Shown: positions 20,547 through 30,678 of the stretch, piece after piece
Layout of the letters: each line of letters opens with the position of its first letter
Numbering within the stretch: position 1 is the first letter of the stretch
Origin: an uncultured Bacteroidota bacterium
Lineage (GTDB): Bacteria; Bacteroidota; Ignavibacteria; UBA10030; UBA6906
DNA: 64,000 bases
NCBI GenBank assembly: GCA_963714855.1
Contig: CAVQPT010000012.1
Location: forward strand, 45 to 64,044
Reading direction: 5' to 3'
Notes under the pieces: generated by a model
What the model was told of the DNA's origin: nothing
Database searches by the model: none
The model's input: the letters and a program-made list of their open reading frames with translations, nothing else
Translations under genes and position numbers: made by a program

Positions 20547-22979
20547 ATGCTCGCACGACGATGTCGTTTTCTTCTGGCGGTATGGCTCGTGGTGCCGGCA
20601 GCAGCAACTCCCCAGCTCTCGGCACAGGAGAACGTCTCCGCCCCCGTCCTTCTTCCCGATGCGTTTCCCCGCGACCGGTACACTCCGCACGGTTACCTTG
20701 ACAACCCTTTCCACAGTCTGGTCACCAACCGGAGCGGCGTGATCCGTTCCTTCCCGCCCCTCGGGTTCGGGTGGTGGCGGACGGATTTTCATGCAGGAGG
20801 GTATGCCCTCGGCGATAAAGACCATGTGAACTACATCTCGCTCCTTCGCATGGGGGTCACCATCGATGGCGTCCCGTTCTTCACGGCGGCGGACTTCGCG
20901 GCACAGCAAGCGGAGCTCTCCTCCGCCTACCATTCAAAATCGGTCATGAGCTTCGACTGGGGGTTTCACGGTGTCACCGTGCGCCTCCTCTTCTTCCTCG
21001 CCGCCGAGCATGCCCTCGTCTGTGTCGCCGAACTGCACAACACCGGAGCCGATCCGAAGACAGTCGGCCTGGTGGGTCTGCATCAGTACCTGATCGGTGC
21101 CACGCGGTGGTGGGGGAGCGACGGTCTTACCGCCCGGGCCGACCCGGAACCGGGAATCGTTGTCAGCAAGATCTGGGCTTACGGCGATGTTTTCGCGCTC
21201 GGGACTTCCGTGATGCCGCAACGATTCTGCATTACCACCGAGCAGGACACTGTCGGGCGATGGATGCGCGATCCGTCTTATGCCGGCGACCGGAGTGCCT
21301 CGGTCCAGGGCCGGGGACCGATTCTCGCTGCGCTCGAGGGTACGATCACACTCCCGCCCCGGAGCCGCCGGACGGAGATCTTCTGTCTGGCCAGGGGGAA
21401 AAACGAACCACAGGCGCGCCGGACACTCCAGCACATTCTTCCGTCCGCCATCGATTCACTCCGGAAACAGCTCGAGGATGACGGGCATTTCTGGCGCGCC
21501 TGCCCTGTTCTCACCGGCGATTGGCCCGGTGCCTGGAAACGGGGCTGGGTGTATGACTTTGAAACCATCAGGATGACGGTGCGTCCCCCCCTGGGAATCT
21601 TCCGTCATCCATGGGACGGCATGCAGATTCACGCTCCCCGGCTCGTCCTGGGTGAAACCGCGCTGGACATGCTGACGCTGAACTATGCGGACCCGGCGCT
21701 TGCGCGCCGTGTCGTGGAGGGGACGTTTGCCGACGCACTCGCGCCGAATGTCCCCTGCGCGCGGGAGGACGGAAGCGTGAACATGATCTCCGCCGACGGG
21801 TCGGAATGCGGCACCGCGCCGATGTGGGGATACCCCTTCAAGACGGTCGCTGCCCTCCATGCGATGTCCGCGGACACAGCCTGGCTCAGACGCATCTATC
21901 CTCCGCTGAAGGCCTATGCCCTCTGGTGGCTTGAACACAGGACCGATGCGGAGGGATGGCTGCACTGCAACAACAGCTGGGAATCCGGGCAGGATGGCTC
22001 CCGGCGCTTCCTCGTGGCGGAACACAACGAAGGAGCTGTTGCGGACTTTGTGCGCACGGTGGATGTGGAGGCAAGCATGGCCGAGGCGTTGCGCGTGCTC
22101 GAACGGAGCGCGCTCCTGCTCGGTCTGCCTGCGGATGCAGAACGCTGGAAAGCGCTCGCCGGGCGGCGCGTGGCCAACACGCGCGCGATGTTTTTCGACG
22201 ACCGGTATTACGACGTGGACGGTCGGAACGGCCGGCCGATCCGGCATGAAGGGTACTATGACATCATGATGCTGGCGCCGTTGACCTGCGGCGTGGCAGC
22301 TCCTTCGCATATCGCGGCGATCAGGCCTGTCATCCGCCGGTTCGCGACGGACCCGATCCCGGCCCTGCAGTGGCCTCCCTCCCTTGCCACGTATGTGGAT
22401 GCCGCATGGATCGCCGATGAACGGCAAAGCGCAGCAGAACTGGTGGCCGCAACCGCCGATCGGGTCTACAGCCGGACCGATGCCCGCGAGATCACGCCGG
22501 GGAAGGACGCATATGCCTATCGTGTGCCCGGCGTTGCGAACGAATACTGGCCCGTGCGCGATGTACCGCCGGGGGGAGAACACTATGGCTGGGGAGCGAC
22601 ACTCCCGATGTTTATCATCCGCAGCATTGCCGGTTTCCGGGAAATGGAAGATCCCTCTGCCAGTGCGTTCCTCCTCGCTCCGACCATTCCGTCGCGGTTC
22701 ATGAGTGCGAAGGGAGAGTACACGATCGCACGCCTGCACTTCCGGTCGCTCACCTTCTCCCTGACGATGCAGGCTGATGGACCGGCGGGGGTCAGTACCA
22801 GACTCACGTACACCGCCGGGGAACCCATCGCCCTCAGAATCGTTCGCAGGGTGTCGGGCGAGAACCTCGCCGAATCCACGCGGCAGGAGATCATCACGTC
22901 TCCCCTCCAGCGCGCGGGATCGGTGGACTTCAAGGGCGCCAACGGCGACGTGTACGAGGTCCACGTTTCGGAACGGTAG
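20547..22979 (+). CDS. Exported (alpha/alpha)6-barrel glycoside hydrolase, GH63/MGH1-like (divergent)
   Basis: Signal peptide; WLRRIYPPL..WWLEHRTD..NSWESGQDGS..YGWGA pattern of six-hairpin glycosidases. Confidence 0.65.
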   Translation: MLARRCRFLLAVWLVVPAAATPQLSAQENVSAPVLLPDAFPRDRYTPHGYLDNPFHSLVTNRSGVIRSFPPLGFGWWRTDFHAGGYALGDKDHVNYISLLRMGVTIDGVPFFTAADFAAQQAELSSAYHSKSVMSFDWGFHGVTVRLLFFLAAEHALVCVAELHNTGADPKTVGLVGLHQYLIGATRWWGSDGLTARADPEPGIVVSKIWAYGDVFALGTSVMPQRFCITTEQDTVGRWMRDPSYAGDRSASVQGRGPILAALEGTITLPPRSRRTEIFCLARGKNEPQARRTLQHILPSAIDSLRKQLEDDGHFWRACPVLTGDWPGAWKRGWVYDFETIRMTVRPPLGIFRHPWDGMQIHAPRLVLGETALDMLTLNYADPALARRVVEGTFADALAPNVPCAREDGSVNMISADGSECGTAPMWGYPFKTVAALHAMSADTAWLRRIYPPLKAYALWWLEHRTDAEGWLHCNNSWESGQDGSRRFLVAEHNEGAVADFVRTVDVEASMAEALRVLERSALLLGLPADAERWKALAGRRVANTRAMFFDDRYYDVDGRNGRPIRHEGYYDIMMLAPLTCGVAAPSHIAAIRPVIRRFATDPIPALQWPPSLATYVDAAWIADERQSAAELVAATADRVYSRTDAREITPGKDAYAYRVPGVANEYWPVRDVPPGGEHYGWGATLPMFIIRSIAGFREMEDPSASAFLLAPTIPSRFMSAKGEYTIARLHFRSLTFSLTMQADGPAGVSTRLTYTAGEPIALRIVRRVSGENLAESTRQEIITSPLQRAGSVDFKGANGDVYEVHVSER

Positions 22980-23103
22980 CACAGCATCTGTGTTAATCCG
23001 GCCTCCTGCATCCGGAAACGGGACAAGGAGGATTCTGAATTCAGAACAACGGTAACCTATCTCTCTGAATCCGGTTCCTACAGTCGGCACCCGTAGGGAG
23101 ATA

Positions 23104-25863
23104 GTGCGAACTTCAGAAAGGACGTCAACAACCGTGAAAGCCGGTAGAATCGTTCTGACAGTTGCCTGTGCGGCATTGGGCCTCCATGCATACGCGCAGC
23201 AGCCGTACCTGTCCAACCTGCAGGCCACCAGAGAGAGCCCGCTGTATACAACATATGCCGCTGCGCTGGAACGGTCCGAGTTCACGCTCGATGAAGGATA
23301 CCACTTCCTCTTTTACGATTCTACGAGGGGAGCGGAGTTCACAACCGACAATGCCGGCAACTGGTCGACAGGGTTCCGGAAAGGGACACGGTTCGTGCAT
23401 GATGTCCGCTCCATGGCACAACCGCCGGTCATTACTGCTTCGTACTCCGACATGGTCTCGTACCGCTTTGCGCCGTTTGCCGACGTGCAGGTGAATGCCA
23501 CGGTGCTGGTCTACAGCTCCCATCTGGCGGTGCAGGAGCTTGCGATCACGAATACGGGCGGCTCTCCCCTTTCGCTGGATGTCATTCCCCTTGTCCAGAA
23601 TACCGGACGGGCATTCTCGGATGTCACGCCCTTACACAACCAGAACGCGGTTGCATTCGGGCACGAGGAGTTCCCCGACAGCTGGGTTCTCGACCACGGC
23701 GTCCCGTTTGTGGACAGGGTCAGGGACCTTCTGGTGTTTTCTACCAGACCGGACCGGATAGCGAGTTTCAGAAGCTACCGGTGGGGGAGTGTGGAGATCC
23801 CGCAGGAGGTTGACCTGGAGCGGAAGCCGGTCTTCGTGCTGTGGGGCTCGATGACGCACACGAACAATGAGCGCTGCCTTCACAGGAAGGCGCCGGTGCG
23901 CATGGCTGTTCTCCTGAACGGCAACCGCAGGCGGATGCTGATCGATAATGCCCCCCGCTGGGGTGCGGCTGATCCGAACATCCGCTCCTACGGATACTAC
24001 GCCATCGAGACAGGCAATTTCGGTACTGTCTCAAAGGGCGATTCCGTCAGCGTCATGATCGGCTGCGGGGACACGGGAGAAACCGGCGTGATCACCACAA
24101 CCGTGGGTGACACGGTATCGTCACATGACCGGCGTGTCGACCTCCGCCTTGCGCCATCGGCACTGCCGGAGCCGCCGGCAGGAGTGAAGCGGGACATCTG
24201 GGGGAGCGGCACGGAACTCCGCCTCTACTGGAAGCCGGGCGCAGCGGGGACCAGGTACAATGTGTACAGACGCGATTACCGCGCCGGCGGTGTGTATGAA
24301 TGTGTGGCATTTGAGACACAGCAGACCTTCTTCACCGACAAGAATATCGGAGACGACAAGATCTACGGTTATGTCGTGACTGCCGTGAATGCCGCGGGCG
24401 CGATGAGCATCCCGTCGGGTGAGGTGAACAATATCGAAGGGAGCGACTTCCTCACAGACACGAAGTATCCAGGACAGGTCAAAGGAGATGCGAAAGACCT
24501 TGCACGCGTTGTGTGTGCGTGGAAGCGGATCACGCTCGACGCCGGCGCCACGGAACGGATGCGTGTTGTCCGCGCGGTGTACCGTCCGGACGAGAACCGG
24601 GACTCTGTCCTCGCAGCCGCCGGCCGCCTCATGTCGATGGACCTCGCACCATTCCTGAAGGCGAACGAAACGCTCTACAGCCGGATCCCGCCCGCACGGT
24701 TTTCAGGACCGGACGATGAGATGCTCTACTGGAGCGTCTTCTCCCTGATGCGGCAGGTGATGCTCCCGCCGGAAGGGAAATGCGGATTCAATTACTACGT
24801 GTTCTCCCGCGAGCCGCAGTGGGGATGGGGACATGGCGGTCAGGTCTTCCACGAAAGTCTGACCATGCTGGCCTATGCGCTGATGGATCCTGTCAGCGCC
24901 ATGCAGTCGCAGCGGGTGTACCGCGAACGGCAGCACGCCGACGGCTACATCAACTACCGCACCGGGCCGTACCTGGACGAGACCATCCCGCACAACAATC
25001 AGCTGACCACATCTGCTCCGTGGTACGCATGGCAGAACTGGGAAGTGTATCTGCTGACGAAAGACAGGGCGTTTCTCGGAGAGATGTATGCGTCCAGTGC
25101 GCGGTTCTATCGCTATTACGTTGCCAACAGGGATGCCGACGGTGACGGTCTCTGTGAATGGGGCGGGGAAGCCGTGCTCGAGTCGGTGCGCGATGCGCGC
25201 GTGGCAATATGGGATGAAGTCGGCTGGCCGTCGGAATTCGAAGCGATGGACGGGAACACGATGCTGGTGATGGAAGCGAAGTCGCTTGCTGCTATGGCGC
25301 GGGAACTTGGCAAGACCGCCGAGGCCCGGGAGTGGCAACAGGAAGCGGATGCACGGGCGCAACGTGTGAATGCGACGTTCTGGGACGAGGAAAAGGGGTT
25401 CTATTTCCACGTCGACAGAAAAGACAACGACTTTACCTACAAGAAACCGGACGATTTGAAACGGGAGGAGATGATCGGCTTCCTCCCCCTCTGGGCGGGT
25501 ATTGCCGACTCGGCCCGCGCGGCGCGGCTGGTGCGGAAACTCACCGACCCGGCCAAATTCTGGCGACCCTTCGGCGTCCCATCCCTCGCTGCCGATGATT
25601 CCTATTACAACCCGAAAGGGTACTGGAACGGACCGGTCTGGGTGGAGTGGATGTACCTCATCGAACGGGGTTTGCTGAACTACGGCTACAAGAACGAAGC
25701 GCGGGAACTGGTGCGCCGCGTCGCTTCCACGATGATTCTCCAGCTCAAGCAGGACCATAATCTGTGGGAGTTCTACAGTCCGGACGAACCCTGGGCGGGC
25801 TACCACAAAACCTATATCTGGGCGGGCATGATCGCGCGGATGATGCGGGACGTTGCGGAATAA
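23104..25863 (+). CDS. Exported GH63/MGH1/trehalase-like glycoside hydrolase with an inserted Fn3 domain
   Basis: RDADGDGLCEW..LESVRD, FWDEEKGFYF, GFLPLWAG, FGVPSLAADD..YNPKGYWNGPVW, WEFYSP; Fn3 segment LYWK..YNVYR..FTDK..YGYVVTAVN. Confidence 0.8.
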   Translation: MRTSERTSTTVKAGRIVLTVACAALGLHAYAQQPYLSNLQATRESPLYTTYAAALERSEFTLDEGYHFLFYDSTRGAEFTTDNAGNWSTGFRKGTRFVHDVRSMAQPPVITASYSDMVSYRFAPFADVQVNATVLVYSSHLAVQELAITNTGGSPLSLDVIPLVQNTGRAFSDVTPLHNQNAVAFGHEEFPDSWVLDHGVPFVDRVRDLLVFSTRPDRIASFRSYRWGSVEIPQEVDLERKPVFVLWGSMTHTNNERCLHRKAPVRMAVLLNGNRRRMLIDNAPRWGAADPNIRSYGYYAIETGNFGTVSKGDSVSVMIGCGDTGETGVITTTVGDTVSSHDRRVDLRLAPSALPEPPAGVKRDIWGSGTELRLYWKPGAAGTRYNVYRRDYRAGGVYECVAFETQQTFFTDKNIGDDKIYGYVVTAVNAAGAMSIPSGEVNNIEGSDFLTDTKYPGQVKGDAKDLARVVCAWKRITLDAGATERMRVVRAVYRPDENRDSVLAAAGRLMSMDLAPFLKANETLYSRIPPARFSGPDDEMLYWSVFSLMRQVMLPPEGKCGFNYYVFSREPQWGWGHGGQVFHESLTMLAYALMDPVSAMQSQRVYRERQHADGYINYRTGPYLDETIPHNNQLTTSAPWYAWQNWEVYLLTKDRAFLGEMYASSARFYRYYVANRDADGDGLCEWGGEAVLESVRDARVAIWDEVGWPSEFEAMDGNTMLVMEAKSLAAMARELGKTAEAREWQQEADARAQRVNATFWDEEKGFYFHVDRKDNDFTYKKPDDLKREEMIGFLPLWAGIADSARAARLVRKLTDPAKFWRPFGVPSLAADDSYYNPKGYWNGPVWVEWMYLIERGLLNYGYKNEARELVRRVASTMILQLKQDHNLWEFYSPDEPWAGYHKTYIWAGMIARMMRDVAE

Positions 25864-25875
25864 AAGGAGAATGTC

Positions 25876-28677
25876 ATGATCAGTACTCAACGGTATGTGC
25901 GAATGCTTCTGCCGGTCATCCTCGGCGTGACGATGGCCGGGGCGCAGCATATCCGCTCGGTGGACCTGTCGACGGGACGCGGGCTGATGATCACCGGCTA
26001 CACCGGTGCGGACGGCCGCGCGCGCGCCGTTTCGCGCCCTGTTCCCCTGCTGAGCTTCTGGCTGAACGACTCCCTTGTCTCTTCTGCGTCCTTCTCGTCG
26101 AAGAAGGAAGGGGACAGCATCGCCTGGCGCGCCCCCTTCTCGTTCAACGGGACGGTGCGTTTCCACCCTCCCGGTCCGCGGGGGGTCCGCGCGGACATCA
26201 CCCTTCGCAATGCGTCCCGCGACACCGTGACCCTGTCCAACCTGGTCCCCCTGGGTGAAGGGTCCGACCGGGTCTACATCAGGGCGAACGGGCCGGAGAC
26301 GTACGAACTGCGGTTGAGCCGCTCGGCGCTGTTCATCCCGGGGCGGGGTCCGATCGGCGTCGTTCTTCCCGATAATGCGTGGGAGATGGGATTCTGCGAC
26401 GTCGCCGTCTCGCGCGACCGGTCGCTGACCGCTATTGCCCGCAGGGCGGATTCCGCCTCGGCCAGTCTCCGCCGGTTCAAAGCGACCATTCCCCCACAGG
26501 GATGGGTCACCTATCAGATCACTCTGGACGACCATTCGGGCGACTGGCATGATGGCCTCCGCATGATGTTCCAGGAACGGCATCTGTACGATCTCGACAC
26601 ATTCGACAACACGCTCTTCACCCGGCCGGACCTCTCGTGGATTCGCCGGAGTTACCTCCTTCTTCTGCAGTTTGCCTGGGATCAGGATTACTACGATGCC
26701 CAGGCCGGGCAGTACAAATTCGACACATTCCTCACGCACTGGGACAAGCTCCTCGGCAGCTTTGAGGCATTCATGCTGTGGCCCACGTGGCCGCGGCTTG
26801 GACTGGACGAGCGCAATCAGTGGGACATGTACCGAGACCTCCCCGGAGGGGTCGAAGAAATCCGCCGGCAGGTGCGGTTTGCCCGGGCCATGGGCACTCG
26901 GTATTTCATTTCGTATAACCCGTGGGACGAAAGTACGCGACGTGAAGACCACCTCGCGGGCATGGAAGAGATGCTGCGCTCGCTGGATGCGGACGGCGTG
27001 GTGCTCGATACATGGGGCCAGTCCAGCATGGAATTTCAGAAGGCTGCAGACCGTGTGAAACCCGGGATCATCATGTACAGCGAGGGAATGGCCGTGCCCG
27101 GAGACATGCCCGGCATCGTTGCCGGCCGGGTGCACGACGCCATCTTCATGCCCCCACCGCTGAACCTGAACAAGCTCATCAAGCCGGATTTCGCCATCTT
27201 CCGTGTGATCCAGGTCGCGGAAGGGAGGATCCACCGCGAGATTGCCGTGTCGTTCTTCAACGGATATGGGTCCGAACTCAATATCATGCGTCCGGGGCGG
27301 CCGGACTGGATCGACGAAGAGCTCGCATACCTCGGGCGGACAACGAAAATCCTGCGCGAGAACAGCGATGCGTTCCTGAGCCAGGCCTGGACCCCTCTCG
27401 TGAAGAGTGCAGCGGACAGCATCTGGGTGAACGCGTGGCCGGCACCGGACAAGACGCTCTATACTATCTACAACCTCCGTCCCGAAGGATGGAGCGGACC
27501 GCTCTTCCGTATCAGGGCGGACTCCACGATGCATGCGGTTGACCTCTGGCATCACACAGAGCTCCAGACCGAAACGGTGGGCGACAGCATCATGATTCCC
27601 GTGTCAGCCGACGGCTTTTCCAGAGCATGGCTCGGGACCCGCAGGGAGGGGAGCGTTGACTGCATCGCCATGCTGCCGCGTCTGCTGACGGTTGCGCTGG
27701 ATCAGGACTCCCTGAGCGTCGGCGCGACCGCCGGTACGAAGATCGTGGTCTGGGCCGGGGAACCCTCCTACAGCACCCGATCGGTGGTTCTGCCCGTTCG
27801 CAGACAGACGATCTCTCTGCTCGAGAAACTGGGCAGGCACGAGGAGAAGGTGGTTGTGCAGCTCATGAACGAGACGGAGTTGATGGATGAGCGCGTCGTC
27901 TCCGTTGCGCTTGCCACGCCGCGCCTGCTCTCCCGCCATGAGCGCACGGAGCCCGCGCGCGTTACGCCCGAGAATATGGTCCTGATCCCAGCAGGTCAGT
28001 TTACCTACCGCTCCACACGGAGCTTCCTGAGTCCAAACGAGGTGATACCGTATCCGGGCGGTGCCGAGCCGCGGACGTATACAATGCCGGCGTTGTTCAT
28101 GGACACATTCCCCGTCACGAACGCGCAGTTCAAGGAGTTCATGGTGGCGACCAAATACGCCCCGCCCGATCCCACAAACTTCCTGAAGCACTGGGCAGGC
28201 GGAGGTCCGGCACGCGGGACGGAACAGCATCCCGTTGTCTACATCGACCGCGGCGATGCCGCGGCGTATGCGCGATGGGCCGGAAAGCGGCTGCCGACGG
28301 AAGTGGAGTGGCAGTATGCCGCGCAGGGAACGGACGGCCGGAAGTATCCGTGGGGACAGGAATTCGATTCGACCCGCTGCAACACCAGGGTCAACAGCAC
28401 GACGCCGGTCAACGCGTACCCCACCGGGGCAAGCCCGTTCGGGGTGATGGATCTCGTGGGCAATGTCTGGCAGCTCACAGCCGACCTGTACAACAACGGA
28501 ACCTTCACGTTTACGATGCTCCGCGGCGGCAGCTACTACAATCCCACCTCGAGCTGGTGGTACGTGCAGGGCGGACCGCAACCGGTCGACAATCCGCAAA
28601 TTCTTCTCCTGGTCTCGCCCGGTTTCGACCGGTGTTCGACAGTGGGATTCAGGTGTGTGAACGATGTTTCCCGTTAA
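25876..28677 (+). CDS. Exported fusion of a putative TIM-barrel glycoside-hydrolase-like region and a C-terminal FGE-sulfatase (SUMF1-like, C-type-lectin fold) domain
   Basis: C-terminal MVLIPAGQF..PVTNAQF..HPVVY..WAGKRLPTEVEWQYAAQG..YPWG..DLVGNVWQ..RGGSY..GFRC. Central LWPTWPRLGLDERNQWD..SYNPWD..DGVVLDT. Confidence 0.75.
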   Translation: MISTQRYVRMLLPVILGVTMAGAQHIRSVDLSTGRGLMITGYTGADGRARAVSRPVPLLSFWLNDSLVSSASFSSKKEGDSIAWRAPFSFNGTVRFHPPGPRGVRADITLRNASRDTVTLSNLVPLGEGSDRVYIRANGPETYELRLSRSALFIPGRGPIGVVLPDNAWEMGFCDVAVSRDRSLTAIARRADSASASLRRFKATIPPQGWVTYQITLDDHSGDWHDGLRMMFQERHLYDLDTFDNTLFTRPDLSWIRRSYLLLLQFAWDQDYYDAQAGQYKFDTFLTHWDKLLGSFEAFMLWPTWPRLGLDERNQWDMYRDLPGGVEEIRRQVRFARAMGTRYFISYNPWDESTRREDHLAGMEEMLRSLDADGVVLDTWGQSSMEFQKAADRVKPGIIMYSEGMAVPGDMPGIVAGRVHDAIFMPPPLNLNKLIKPDFAIFRVIQVAEGRIHREIAVSFFNGYGSELNIMRPGRPDWIDEELAYLGRTTKILRENSDAFLSQAWTPLVKSAADSIWVNAWPAPDKTLYTIYNLRPEGWSGPLFRIRADSTMHAVDLWHHTELQTETVGDSIMIPVSADGFSRAWLGTRREGSVDCIAMLPRLLTVALDQDSLSVGATAGTKIVVWAGEPSYSTRSVVLPVRRQTISLLEKLGRHEEKVVVQLMNETELMDERVVSVALATPRLLSRHERTEPARVTPENMVLIPAGQFTYRSTRSFLSPNEVIPYPGGAEPRTYTMPALFMDTFPVTNAQFKEFMVATKYAPPDPTNFLKHWAGGGPARGTEQHPVVYIDRGDAAAYARWAGKRLPTEVEWQYAAQGTDGRKYPWGQEFDSTRCNTRVNSTTPVNAYPTGASPFGVMDLVGNVWQLTADLYNNGTFTFTMLRGGSYYNPTSSWWYVQGGPQPVDNPQILLLVSPGFDRCSTVGFRCVNDVSR

Positions 28678-28702
28678 GACCATGACGATCGAGGTGCAGC
28701 AT

Positions 28703-30664
28703 ATGAAGCGGCGTATCCTTCTTGCATTTCTGTGTGTGATGGGCGGTGCACTGATAGCACAGGCACAGCCGTCGCTCGACAATCTCCTCTCTCCCGCCGA
28801 CCTCCCCCGTCTGAAAGAGGGACGGCTGATGCAGCTCTCGAGCGCCGACACGACGGGAGGCAACAGCGACTTTATTGCCATCCCTCCGGGCCGGTCGGCG
28901 GTCATCGCCTCCATCCAGGGGCCGGGAATCATCGTCGGGATGTGGTTCACGATCATGTCGTCCGACAAGCACTTCCTCCGGCGTATTGTGTTGCGCGCAT
29001 ACTGGGACAATGAAAAGGACCCCTCCGTGGAAGTCCCCGTCGGCGATTTCTTCGGGACCGGATTCGGGTACAAACATTACCTCACCCCGTTCCTGGGCAT
29101 GTCGAGCGGGGGGTACTACTGTTACTTTCCCATGCCGTTCGCGAAAGCGGCGCGGCTGGAAATCGTGAACGAGACCGGACAGGAAGTCCAGTCGTTCTAC
29201 TATCATATCAACTACCGCCAGCTTCCCCAGCCGCCCGCCCCCGATATCGCATATTTCCATGCGTTCTGGCGCCGCGAGCCGCGCACACCGCTTCATCAGC
29301 CCTATCTCGTGCTCGACGCAAAAGGGCGGGGCCATCTGGTGGGTGTGAACATGAGCATGCAGGGCTACGACAACGGCATGCAGTACCTCGAGGGTGACGA
29401 GCTCGTGTATGTGGACGGAGAAACGACGCCGTCGCTCATGGGGACCGGCACGGAGGACTACTTCAACGGCGGGTGGTACTTCAACAAGGGGGAATTCGCT
29501 GCCCCGTACCACGGCCTGATTCTCAAGGACGATACGCTCGCGCGGATCGCTGCGTACCGGTTCCACATCCCCGACGCGATTTCGTTTGCCTCGTCTCTGA
29601 AATTTACCATCGAACACGGGGACCGGAATTCGGAGGTGGCAGACTACAGCAGCACCGCGTACTGGTACCAGACGGAACCGCACGCCCCGTTCCCGGCCAT
29701 GCTTCCTCCGGCTACACGGATACCGCTGCGCGTGGTCGTCCCGAACAGAGGAATCGAAGCGGAAGGGCTCGTGCCGAAGAGTACCGATCGGAAGACCATG
29801 GTTGAAGACATGACTCCCTTCGGTGCCGAATGGAGCGGCATGAAGCAACTCAAGGTCCTTCTGGCAAAACCGGGTGACGGCGTGGATCTCTCGATGAATG
29901 TCGAAGAAGAAGAGTATGATGTCGCGATGTATGTCACGCACGGCCCGGAGTACGGGGTCGTCCGGGTCACCCAGGGCGACCGGATGATCGCTTCGTACGA
30001 CGGGTATGCCGAAGAAACGCTTCCCGGCGGCAAGGTGATGCTGAAGAATGTGAAGGCAGACAACGGACTGATCCGGATCGGGATCGCGTCTGACGGAAAG
30101 AACGGGAAGGCAAGCGGCTACGCGGCAGGGATCGATGCGTTCCTGCCTGAACCCCACCGCTCGTTTGTTCCCGCCTGGCAGCTGATCGGGCCATTCGACA
30201 ACCCCCGCGACGCGCAACTGCGGCGGCTCGGACTGGATATCGCCTATCCGCCGGAGAAGGAAATCGACCTGAGCAAAACGTATTCCGGGGCAGGCAATCA
30301 ACCCGTACGCTGGACCCTGACAAAGACCCCGCCAAGGGGGCGTGTGGATCTCTATCAGTTTGATCCGTATGAAATGGTGGTGGTGTATGCGCTCACCTAC
30401 ATCTATTCACCGAAGGATCAGACGCTTCCGCTGTTGCTCGGAACGGACGACGGGGTGAAGGTCTTTCTGAATAACCAGCCCATTCACCGCGTCCTTGCCG
30501 TGCGTGTTGTCCGTGTGGACCAGGACCGCGTGCCGCTGGCGCTGAAGAAGGGGTGGAACACGTTGATGCTGAAAATCGAGAACAACTACGGCGGGTACAA
30601 CTTCTATGCGCGCGTCCTCGATCCCGGGCATACGCTGAAGTTCAGCCCGACCCGTTCAGAATGA
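28703..30664 (+). CDS. DUF2961 / GH172-family glycoside hydrolase with C-terminal accessory domains
   Basis: SSADTTGGNSD, GPGII..WFT, LRAYWDNEKDPSVEVPVGDFFG, YFPMPF, YFHA, YLEGDE, GTGTEDYFNGGW, YRFHIPDAISF, IEHG..YSSTAYWYQ. Confidence 0.9.
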   Translation: MKRRILLAFLCVMGGALIAQAQPSLDNLLSPADLPRLKEGRLMQLSSADTTGGNSDFIAIPPGRSAVIASIQGPGIIVGMWFTIMSSDKHFLRRIVLRAYWDNEKDPSVEVPVGDFFGTGFGYKHYLTPFLGMSSGGYYCYFPMPFAKAARLEIVNETGQEVQSFYYHINYRQLPQPPAPDIAYFHAFWRREPRTPLHQPYLVLDAKGRGHLVGVNMSMQGYDNGMQYLEGDELVYVDGETTPSLMGTGTEDYFNGGWYFNKGEFAAPYHGLILKDDTLARIAAYRFHIPDAISFASSLKFTIEHGDRNSEVADYSSTAYWYQTEPHAPFPAMLPPATRIPLRVVVPNRGIEAEGLVPKSTDRKTMVEDMTPFGAEWSGMKQLKVLLAKPGDGVDLSMNVEEEEYDVAMYVTHGPEYGVVRVTQGDRMIASYDGYAEETLPGGKVMLKNVKADNGLIRIGIASDGKNGKASGYAAGIDAFLPEPHRSFVPAWQLIGPFDNPRDAQLRRLGLDIAYPPEKEIDLSKTYSGAGNQPVRWTLTKTPPRGRVDLYQFDPYEMVVVYALTYIYSPKDQTLPLLLGTDDGVKVFLNNQPIHRVLAVRVVRVDQDRVPLALKKGWNTLMLKIENNYGGYNFYARVLDPGHTLKFSPTRSE

Positions 30665-30678
30665 AAGGAATCTGTTCG

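Noticed and set aside
23033-23046. Perfect palindrome TTCTGAATTCAGAA in an intergenic gap
   Set aside because: Single occurrence inside an apparent operon with no associated promoter; may be chance.
24703-27555. 950-aa minus-strand ORF and similar long antisense ORFs (18034-19809, 21456-23285, 28649-30301, 39311-41170)
   Set aside because: They are shadows of well-supported plus-strand genes in GC-rich DNA and carry no recognisable motifs.
27960-28677. Diversity-generating retroelement target (FGE-type C-lectin fold ending in GFRC)
   Set aside because: No reverse transcriptase and no adenine-variant template repeat are visible in the window; a remote DGR cannot be excluded.
25876-28677. Sulfatase-maturating formylglycine-generating enzyme
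   Set aside because: The catalytic Cys pair is missing and no sulfatase gene is present.
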